Positions 38,946-46,064 of a DNA stretch of 46,064 bases are shown in pieces. The stretch is from the NCBI GenBank assembly GCA_043826355.1, contig JBDRQI010000035.1:1-46064 (forward strand), read 5' to 3'. Source of the DNA: Candidatus Omnitrophota bacterium. Its GTDB lineage: Bacteria; Ratteibacteria; UBA8468; MWAK01. Both the position numbers and the translations under genes were made by a program. The notes beneath the pieces are model-generated. The model did not search any database, was not told the DNA's origin, and saw only the letters and a program-made list of their open reading frames with translations. The stretch's first letter is position 1. Each line of letters starts with the position of its first letter.

Positions 38946-39309
38946 TTTTTGACTCCTTGATTAAAAATCCGATAATAGAGCGTTGGGCAAGCGTTTTTAA
39001 ATAAATCATTACGCTCTGACGACTGTAATCGTCAGAAACATTGTGCCTCTTTTTGAAATTGGTCACAATTTCCGATACCGGAAGGTTCTGACGGCAGTCG
39101 CGATAAACTTCGGCGCCCAGTTCGTCCAACACCACCTTTTTTTCCCGCGGAACCACCAGGACGAAAGAAAGCAGATTTATGAAGAATGATTTTTTTCGGG
39201 AAACGACAATAATTAATTCTTTCCCTTTTTCTTCTGTCCGGACCGAATCGTTTACCACAACTTTTGCGTTAAGAACTTCTTCCGGTGAGAGCATCTTTCT
39301 GCGCTTCAT
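38938..39309 (-). CDS. PqqD-family (RiPP recognition element-like) protein
   Basis: LDELGAEVYRDC...VSEIV..F...SV..YL..L..RS.I pattern of PqqD winged-helix proteins. Confidence 0.72.
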   Translation of the reverse strand: MKRRKMLSPEEVLNAKVVVNDSVRTEEKGKELIIVVSRKKSFFINLLSFVLVVPREKKVVLDELGAEVYRDCRQNLPVSEIVTNFKKRHNVSDDYSRQSVMIYLKTLAQRSIIGFLIKESKNG

Positions 39310-39318
39310 TATCTTATT

Positions 39319-39347
39319 ATTATCATCTGTAGCTCTTTTTTTGTCAA
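39319..39347 (-). promoter_or_regulatory. Sigma70 promoter for the PqqD-ABC operon
   Basis: TTGACA-17 bp-GATAAT, 9 nt before the ATG. Confidence 0.6.
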
Positions 39348-39416
39348 TACTGAATTACCGTAGTTATCGTACTTTCTTGTCTTTTAGCGTGAAGTTCGGG
39401 TAAAATTAGTGTAAAG

Positions 39417-40214
39417 ATGGATAAAATTATTGATTTTCATACTCATGCTTTTCCCGACAAATTAGCGGAAAGAGCGATAAAATTGCTTGAAGGGGAAGGT
39501 GAAATCAAGGCGCATCTTAACGGTACCGTTTCCGCCCTCCTTTCCTCCATGGATCGCTGCGGAATCGAAAAGAGCGTTATTTGTTCCATTGCGACCAAGC
39601 CGGCACAGTTTGATTCTATATTTAAGTGGAGCCGGAAGATCAGTTCGGAAAGGATTATCCCCTTCCCTTCCCTGCACCCGGACGACCCCGGGATTCCGGA
39701 TAAAGTTACCCGGGTAAAAGAGGCAGGGTTTAAAGGGTTGAAGTTACACCCGTATTACCAGGATTTTTTTATAGACGAAGAGAGGATGTTTCCTCTTTAT
39801 GAGGCAATCAGTAAAGCGGACCTGATTTTACTGGTTCACACCGGTTTTGATTTTGCTTTTTCCCGCGTGGAAAGAGCAGACCCTTTACGGACGCTGAAAA
39901 TCCATAAAAGGTTTCCTTCGCTGAAACTGGTTACGACGCATCTGGGCGCCTGGGACCAGTGGGCGAAAGTTGAAGAGTTTTTGCTGGGCAAGTCAATCTA
40001 CATGGAAATTTCGTTTTCGCTTGAATTCTTACCGCCGGAAAAAGCCCGGGAAATAATCCGGAACCACCCGGAAAAGTATGTTCTTTTCGGTACTGATTCA
40101 CCCTGGACGGCTCAGGGCAAGGCGCTTTCTCTTTTTCGGAAACTGAACCTCGGGGCGGAAAAGGAAAAACTCATCCTGGAGAAAAACGCCGCTAATCTTT
40201 TAAATTCCGCCTAA
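39417..40214 (+). CDS. Amidohydrolase family 2 protein
   Basis: IDFHTH, GLKLHP, HTG, HLG, LFGTDSPW. Confidence 0.9.
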   Translation: MDKIIDFHTHAFPDKLAERAIKLLEGEGEIKAHLNGTVSALLSSMDRCGIEKSVICSIATKPAQFDSIFKWSRKISSERIIPFPSLHPDDPGIPDKVTRVKEAGFKGLKLHPYYQDFFIDEERMFPLYEAISKADLILLVHTGFDFAFSRVERADPLRTLKIHKRFPSLKLVTTHLGAWDQWAKVEEFLLGKSIYMEISFSLEFLPPEKAREIIRNHPEKYVLFGTDSPWTAQGKALSLFRKLNLGAEKEKLILEKNAANLLNSA

Positions 40215-40233
40215 TTCTGTATCGGGTTCCAAT

Positions 40234-40593
40234 TTAATATTCCGTCAATTCTTTTTCGCTGAATCCGAAATGGTGGCCCAGTTCATGCCGGAACACTTCT
40301 TTCACCCTTTCCTTCACCTGTTCCGCGTCTTTACCGCGCGATTCAATCGGTTTTCGATAAATGGTTATTCTGTCCGATAAAACATTGGTATAGGATACGC
40401 CCCTTTTCTTTAGGGGGATGCCCTGGTAAAGGCCGAGAATGGAATAAGGGGATTTGACCCCCTGTTCTGTCAATATTTCCCGGGAAGGAAAGTCCTCCAC
40501 CACCACGTAGAGATTGTCTATCTTTTTTTTGAATAAATCCGGTAATTCATTGATTGCTTCAATGACCAGTTTCCGGAATTTTTTCTCTTCCAT
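40234..40593 (-). CDS. Zincin-like metallopeptidase (Zincin_1/DUF1025)
   Basis: LGLYQGIP, DRITIYR, HELGHHFG. Confidence 0.88.
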   Translation of the reverse strand: MEEKKFRKLVIEAINELPDLFKKKIDNLYVVVEDFPSREILTEQGVKSPYSILGLYQGIPLKKRGVSYTNVLSDRITIYRKPIESRGKDAEQVKERVKEVFRHELGHHFGFSEKELTEY

Positions 40594-40642
40594 CTTTACG
40601 GAAAATGCCAGAATGCCCCGTCCTGTGGACGGGGTTCTTCAC
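40594..40642. repeat. Dispersed hairpin element, copy B (IS200/IS605 end-like)
   Basis: CTTTACGGAAAATGCCAGAATGCCCCGTCCTGTGGACGGGGTTCTTCAC. Confidence 0.7.
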
Positions 40643-40677
40643 TTCTTTAAAGGTTGGTTGTCCGTTTCAAATAGGGG

Positions 40678-41076
40678 CTATTGGTTGGAAAATAGCGCTT
40701 CTTTAATCTTCGCGGGTATCCTTCTGGGTTTGAAATCTTTTCCTACACAAACTACGGTTATTTTGGCTTTTACCAGAAGACCGGCTTCTCCGGTAATTTC
40801 CTGATCAAATTGAATTGCTGCGGTTCTTACGTTTTCCACTGCGGCTGATATTCTGATAACGTCTCCGTATTTTGCGGCCGCCCGGTAGTCTATTTCCATT
40901 CTTGCCACCACGAATAAAATACCCTGCTCCGCCAATTTTTTTAATTCCTGTAATTTGCTGCGAAAGTATTCCGCGCGGGCTTCCTCAAGATGTTTCAGGT
41001 AGTTGGCATAATAGACAACTCCGCCGGAGTCGGTGTCATGGTAATAAATACTTTTTTCAATTTGAAAGTTTGCCAT
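40678..41076 (-). CDS. YbgC/FadM family acyl-CoA thioesterase
   Basis: YYHDTDSGGVVYYANYL..LEEAR. Confidence 0.9.
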   Translation of the reverse strand: MANFQIEKSIYYHDTDSGGVVYYANYLKHLEEARAEYFRSKLQELKKLAEQGILFVVARMEIDYRAAAKYGDVIRISAAVENVRTAAIQFDQEITGEAGLLVKAKITVVCVGKDFKPRRIPAKIKEALFSNQ

Positions 41077-41088
41077 AATTATTGCAAC

Positions 41089-41691
41089 TTACACCGCAGT
41101 GAATTTGAACCCCTTTTTGTTGAAAAGTTTCAGGCAGGCATCAACCGCTTCCGGTCCGTACAGAATCCCTCTATTTTTTGAGATTTCTTCCCTGCCTTTA
41201 TCCAGACCTAAGCCCGGTCGGTAAGGCCTTTTCGAAACAATGGCTTCCATTACGTCGGCCACGGAGATAATTTGGGTTTCAAGAATAATTGCCTCGCCAA
41301 AAAGGCCTTTTGGATAGCCGGAACCGTCCATTCTTTCATGATGCTGAAGCACTATTTGCTTAACCGGCCAGGGAAATTCAACCTCGCTTAGAATGTCGTA
41401 ACCCAGCTGAGGGTGACTTTGAATCATATTCATTTCTACTTTGTTTAATGGTTTAAGGTTGAGCAGGATTTCCGGCGGAATGCGAATTTTCCCGATATCA
41501 TGCAGAATTCCGCCGACCCGAAGCCCGGTTATCTGTTCGGCCGGAAGATTTATTTCTTTGGCCATTTCACAGGCAAGCCGGGTTACCTGTGACTGGTGAA
41601 TTGCGGTAAAAGGGTCTCCGTATTCTACAATCGAAACGAGGGCAAAAACGATTTTTTCCAGGCTTATTTTTAATTCTTGATTATCTTCCAT
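41089..41691 (-). CDS. Stand-alone HD-GYP domain protein
   Basis: DPFTAIH, LHDIGK, HHERMDGSGYP, VADV.EA, RPYR. Confidence 0.92.
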   Translation of the reverse strand: MEDNQELKISLEKIVFALVSIVEYGDPFTAIHQSQVTRLACEMAKEINLPAEQITGLRVGGILHDIGKIRIPPEILLNLKPLNKVEMNMIQSHPQLGYDILSEVEFPWPVKQIVLQHHERMDGSGYPKGLFGEAIILETQIISVADVMEAIVSKRPYRPGLGLDKGREEISKNRGILYGPEAVDACLKLFNKKGFKFTAV

Positions 41692-41903
41692 ACCACCCTC
41701 CCGCTGAAATTTACGCTGACTGATTCAGGGTATTCGGGTATCGTTGTATCTCTGCGAGTATATTATATTTTTTACCTGACTTTGTCAAATGTGATTTTGA
41801 CCTTTTTTCCGGTAAAGTGATAAGATATTCTTTTCTAATCAGAATATGCGAAAAAAATAGGGCTGTTAAGCTTAAATTATTTTGGAAGGAGGTAAAAACA
41901 AAA

Positions 41904-43460
41904 ATGGCAAAACAAAAGAAAAGCGCCGGTGCGGTAATCGTGATTCTAATCGTGATTATCGTTATCGTGTTAGCCGTAATAAGAGCAAAGAAATCTGTTG
42001 AACCAACCGACATACGTTCTCTTATAGATAAATCAAAGCAAATGCCGCCGGCAGAACTGCCGTCAGAAGAACCAAAAACGCCAGAAGTGCCAAAAGCCCC
42101 GGAAGGACCAAAAGAGAGTATCGGCGACCTGGTTCAAAAACTGAAAAACCGGAGCGTGGCGGTTCAGCTGGTTGCGGCCGAAAAACTGGAGAAAATAGGC
42201 GAGCCGGCGGTTCCCTATTTAATTAAAGCTTTGAAGGATAATAATGTTGTGATGCGCAAGAATGCGGCTGAAATATTGGGTACGATTAAAGATGTTCGCG
42301 CAATCGCGCCCTTGATTGCGTTGGGTAACGATCAGAAGCTTGAGGTTCGGATGCAGGCAGTTAATTCCCTGGTGGAGATCGGACCGGCAGCGGCTGAGCC
42401 GTTAGCCGGTTCCCTGAAAGATAAAAATGTAAACATCAGGGTCGGCGCGGCGGAGGCGTTGAAGAGAATAGGCGAGCCAGCAGTTGAACCACTGATTGCG
42501 CTCCTTAATGATAACGAACCTGCGGTTCGGCTGGATGCATTTCAACTCTTGATTTCAAGCAACGACTCCCGAGTTATTGAGCCGGCGCTTTCCCTGCTTA
42601 AAGACAAAGACAGCCGTCTCCGCCAGAAAAGCGCTTATTTTTTGGGTGAAGCAAGAGAGAGACGCGCAGTTGCACCCTTGATCAATCTTTTAAAAGATTC
42701 AAACCGGAGCGTTCAGGCGGCCGGTATTGAAGCGTTGGGCAAGATCGGAGAGCCGGCGATTCAACCATTGGTTGAGTCGTTGAAAAGCGCGGATTATCCT
42801 TTCCGGATAGGTGTCGCTTCGGCTCTGGGCAAGATCGGAGAGCCGGCGATTCAACCCCTGCTGGTTACCCTTATGGATAAAGATATTTATTTACAGAGGG
42901 GTTCTGCGGAGGCCCTTGGCAAAATCGGCGAACCGGCGGTTAAGCCGCTGCTTCTCTTTTTGGCAAGAGAAGACCCGGATGTTAGACTGGTTGCCGCTGC
43001 GGCGTTTGGAAAGATAGGCGCCCCGGCCGTACCTTCGTTGATTGCTCGGGTGTTGAATGACAGCAATTCAGGGATACGATACAGTGCAGCGGCGGGATTG
43101 GGGGGGACCAATGATTCCCGGGCGGTCCAACCGTTGATTTCAGCCCTCGATGACAAAGATGTCAATGTTCAGTGGGCTGCGGCCTGGTCGTTAGGAGGAC
43201 TGAAAGACAATCGTGCGGTAAACCCTTTGATTATCAAATTGAACAGTCCGGAACCGTCAGTCCGGATGTCCGCCGCAGAAGCGCTGGGAAAGTTACAGGA
43301 CAAGAAGGCGTTGGAACCGTTAATCGCGCTTTTGAATGACCAAAATTCGGTGGTGCAGTTATATACGGTGCATGCTTTAATCAGGATAACCGGCCAGAAT
43401 TTTGGAAAAGAGCAGTCGCCATGGCGCGATTGGTGGAATAAGAATAAGAATGGGTTGTGA
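41904..43460 (+). CDS. Membrane-anchored HEAT/PBS-lyase repeat protein
   Basis: AAGGAGG RBS, N-terminal TM helix, many repeats of the type AAEALGKIGEPAV.PLI..L.D. Confidence 0.88.
   Translation: MAKQKKSAGAVIVILIVIIVIVLAVIRAKKSVEPTDIRSLIDKSKQMPPAELPSEEPKTPEVPKAPEGPKESIGDLVQKLKNRSVAVQLVAAEKLEKIGEPAVPYLIKALKDNNVVMRKNAAEILGTIKDVRAIAPLIALGNDQKLEVRMQAVNSLVEIGPAAAEPLAGSLKDKNVNIRVGAAEALKRIGEPAVEPLIALLNDNEPAVRLDAFQLLISSNDSRVIEPALSLLKDKDSRLRQKSAYFLGEARERRAVAPLINLLKDSNRSVQAAGIEALGKIGEPAIQPLVESLKSADYPFRIGVASALGKIGEPAIQPLLVTLMDKDIYLQRGSAEALGKIGEPAVKPLLLFLAREDPDVRLVAAAAFGKIGAPAVPSLIARVLNDSNSGIRYSAAAGLGGTNDSRAVQPLISALDDKDVNVQWAAAWSLGGLKDNRAVNPLIIKLNSPEPSVRMSAAEALGKLQDKKALEPLIALLNDQNSVVQLYTVHALIRITGQNFGKEQSPWRDWWNKNKNGL
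42736..42856 (+). repeat. 31-bp exact direct repeat at 90-bp period within the HEAT gene
   Basis: TGGGCAAGATCGGAGAGCCGGCGATTCAACC at 42736 and 42826. Confidence 0.85.
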
Positions 43461-43471
43461 AAAGATAAAAA

Positions 43472-44596
43472 ATGGAAAGAACCGATGTTGTCATTATTGG
43501 AGCGGGTGTTGTTGGCTTGTCAATTGCCTCACAAATAGCAAAAAAGGATAGAAATGTTATCCTGGTAGAAAGACACAATAGTTTTGGGCAGGAGACAAGC
43601 AGTCGCAATAGTGAGGTTATTCATGCCGGTATTTATTATCCGGATGGTTTTCTAAAAGCCAAACTCTGCGTAGAAGGAAATATTCTGCTCTATCGGATTT
43701 GCAAAAAGAATGCTATTCCATACAAACAGACCGGGAAATTAATTGCTGCCGTTAATGAAAAACAGGTAAAAGATCTGGAAGACCTTCTTGAGAAAGGAAA
43801 AAGAAACGGAACCGAAAATCTAGAAATAATATCTCCAAAAGAAATCCAAAAGCTTGAACCGCATATTACTGCTCGTGCAGCTATTTTCGCTCCCTCAGCC
43901 GGAATTATCGATTCGCACCGCTTAATGAAATTCTGGGAAACAAAAGCTAAAGATGCCGGGGCCAGTATTATCTATGGATGTGAAGTCGAAGCAATTGATA
44001 AAACCCCTGACGGTTACCAGGTAGGAGTTAGGGATACCGATGGTGAATCGTTCTTTTTCCCTACCCGGATCCTGATTAACAGTTCCGGTTTGGAAGCCGG
44101 TAATGTCGCCGCATTGGCCGGTATCGATATTGATGAGGCCGGCTACCGAATTCATTATTGTAAGGGCGAATATTTCAGCATTGGTAGCGGTAAACACGGA
44201 TTTGTCCAAAGGCTTATCTATCCGGTTCCTCCCAAACCGGGTTTTGTAGGAATTCATACTGTTCCTGACCTTCAGGGTATGATGAAACTCGGGCCTTATG
44301 ATTATTATGTAGATAAAATTAATTATGACGTAGATGAAACAAACAAGGAATTGTTTTATCGGTCGGTCAGCCCTTTTTTGCCCTTTATTAAACTTGAGGA
44401 CTTGAAGCCGGACATGTCTGGTATTCATCCAAAGGTTCAAAAATCCGGGGAGCCAATAAAAGATTTTATCATTGCGCACGAAGAAAAAAGGGGGTTGTCC
44501 GGACTTATTAATCTTATCGGGATTGAATCTCCGGGTTTAACCTCTTCTCCGGCAATCGGCAGGTATGTGGGGAAAATGGTATCCGAGTTATTATGA
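43472..44596 (+). CDS. FAD-dependent oxidoreductase, LhgO (L-2-hydroxyglutarate oxidase) family
   Basis: IIGAGVVG, ETSSRNSEVIHAGIYY, CKGEYF, GIESPGLTS. Confidence 0.88.
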   Translation: MERTDVVIIGAGVVGLSIASQIAKKDRNVILVERHNSFGQETSSRNSEVIHAGIYYPDGFLKAKLCVEGNILLYRICKKNAIPYKQTGKLIAAVNEKQVKDLEDLLEKGKRNGTENLEIISPKEIQKLEPHITARAAIFAPSAGIIDSHRLMKFWETKAKDAGASIIYGCEVEAIDKTPDGYQVGVRDTDGESFFFPTRILINSSGLEAGNVAALAGIDIDEAGYRIHYCKGEYFSIGSGKHGFVQRLIYPVPPKPGFVGIHTVPDLQGMMKLGPYDYYVDKINYDVDETNKELFYRSVSPFLPFIKLEDLKPDMSGIHPKVQKSGEPIKDFIIAHEEKRGLSGLINLIGIESPGLTSSPAIGRYVGKMVSELL

Positions 44597-44806
44597 CAAG
44601 TCGCAATTATCGCTTTTTTCTGCCGCGCGTAAAAGCCCTGTTCAAAAAGAATCGCGGCTGCCGCCAACTGCGTAATTTCAGTTTGCGATGGCCGGGAGAA
44701 GGGTGGATTAAAGGAACAATTTTTCTTGCCAGTTAGATATATGTGACCTTGATTTAGAAACGGTGAAATGGACACGAATATGGGTGCAGGTCGCGGGAGA
44801 GTGGTC

Positions 44807-45943
44807 ATGAATGAACGGGAGAGATTTATCAGGACGCTGACCTGTTCTTCTCCCGACCGGCCAAGTTACGGAGACTATTTGTACTACGAAGCGACGCAGA
44901 AACGATGGGAAAAGGAGGGTCTCCCCAAAGACCTGAACAGAGAAGAACTTTTCAACTATTTCGGTATGGATCATATAGACATCTGGGATGGTCAAAAGTT
45001 CCCCGTCAACAACGGTATCATCCCGTATTTTGAATCCTCTGTCGTTGAAGAAACAGATGTCTATACTGTCACGAAGGACCGGTGCGGAGTAACGGTGAAA
45101 GTACTGAAAAACGTTCCGCCTCCGGCAATGCCTCAATTCATTTCGTACCCGGTGACGGACAGGAATACTTGGGCCGAATACAAGAAGCGTTTGAATCCGG
45201 AAACGCCGGGAAGACTTCCCGGCAACCTTTTGGAAATCGGCGCTTCTTCCGCAACACGGACTACACCTCTTTGTGCGTGGTTCGGCGGCACCTATGGTTA
45301 TATCCGCGACTGGATGGGTGTTGAAAATGCAAGTTATCTTTTTTACGACGACCCCGGTCTGGTAGAGGAAATGATCGAGCACCTTACCTACTTTTACGAA
45401 ACACTGGCAAAAAAAATTTTTGACGCTGGTGTACAGGTTGATGCTGTTATGTTCTGGGAGGATATGGCGTACAAAACCGGGTCGCTTATCTCCCCGGAGA
45501 AATACCGGAAATATTGTCTCCGTTTTTATAAGGTCATGGTTGATCTGGTTCGGAAGAACGGTGTTAAGGTTATAATGCTGGATTCAGATGGCAACATAGA
45601 AGAACTTATCCCCATCTGGCTTGATGCCGGTATTAACTGTATGCATCCAATGGAAGTTGCGGCCGGCATGGATGTTCGTACCGTTCGCGGCAAATACGGT
45701 AAAAACGTTACTTTTCTTGGCGGTATAGACAAACGCGCTCTTGTCAGAGGACCGGCAGCAATTGACGCCGAAGTGATTCCCAAGGTCAGGGAATTGCTTG
45801 ATGCCGGCGGCGGTTTTGTCGTAGAATGCGACCACGCTGTCCCGCCGGACATTTCGTTAGATAATTATCTTTATTTCCGAAAACTGGTAAGTAAAATCTG
45901 TGAATCTTCCGCTCCCAACAAATATCCCGCATTCTCCATATGA
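44807..45943 (+). CDS. Uroporphyrinogen decarboxylase / MtaA-CmuA methyltransferase family protein
   Basis: MNERERF start, WEDMAYKTG.LISP, DSDG, HPMEVAAGMD, GGIDKR, DH.VPPD; alternative start 44768. Confidence 0.85.
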   Translation: MNERERFIRTLTCSSPDRPSYGDYLYYEATQKRWEKEGLPKDLNREELFNYFGMDHIDIWDGQKFPVNNGIIPYFESSVVEETDVYTVTKDRCGVTVKVLKNVPPPAMPQFISYPVTDRNTWAEYKKRLNPETPGRLPGNLLEIGASSATRTTPLCAWFGGTYGYIRDWMGVENASYLFYDDPGLVEEMIEHLTYFYETLAKKIFDAGVQVDAVMFWEDMAYKTGSLISPEKYRKYCLRFYKVMVDLVRKNGVKVIMLDSDGNIEELIPIWLDAGINCMHPMEVAAGMDVRTVRGKYGKNVTFLGGIDKRALVRGPAAIDAEVIPKVRELLDAGGGFVVECDHAVPPDISLDNYLYFRKLVSKICESSAPNKYPAFSI

Positions 45944-46023
45944 AGACAAAATTTTATCTGGACAAATTGACCTTTCTTGCGTCTATAATATAGATAGAAA
46001 CAGATGAAAAAAGGAGAGACCTG

Positions 46024-46064
46024 ATGGGTGAAAGTAAAAACAGCTATTTCCGGGTAGGCTTTAA
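46024..46064 (+). CDS. Start of a gene running off the right edge
   Basis: AAGGAGA RBS then ATG GGT GAA AGT..., open to the window end. Confidence 0.55.
   Translation, partial: MGESKNSYFRVGF

Noticed and set aside
25279..41076. tol-pal operon (pal and a ybgC-like gene are both present)
   Set aside because: They are about 15 kb apart on opposite strands with no tolQRAB between them.
42736..42856. CRISPR-like direct repeats
   Set aside because: Only two copies, in frame inside a HEAT-repeat CDS; no cas genes.

Overview
Gene-dense chromosomal window from an apparently anaerobic, diderm bacterium (it carries Pal, a flavodiiron FprA and a class III RNR; lineage cannot be fixed from sequence alone). 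No rRNA, tRNA, CRISPR array or intact transposase was seen. Positions 1-15.9 kb form one minus-strand run of cofactor and repair genes: ribBA, ribE, ribD, panC, folK, apgM, a Gfo/Idh oxidoreductase, GH172/DUF2961, nadA, ROK kinase, fprA, rmuC, rdgB, nadC, uvrB. A divergent NrdR-box promoter drives nrdR-nrdD. The main finding is that this NrdD stops right after its Zn-ribbon and lacks the glycyl-radical loop, which is encoded by a separate 100-aa downstream gene with its own RBS (ITRVTGY...WNKGK): an apparently split, two-component class III ribonucleotide reductase. Further downstream are a tRNA-binding OB protein, C1 protease, WrbA-like protein, M20 peptidase, purL, an internally deleted DJ-1/PfpI, pal, a headless GGDEF remnant, a beta-CASP nuclease, amrS, dnaG-rpoD, coaX, pfkB, proC, a PqqD/RRE plus minimal ABC exporter operon, HD-GYP, a HEAT-repeat protein, an LhgO-like oxidoreductase and a UroD/MtaA-family protein. 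Intergenic DNA holds several distinct families of dispersed palindromic elements, and several genes appear to be leaderless.
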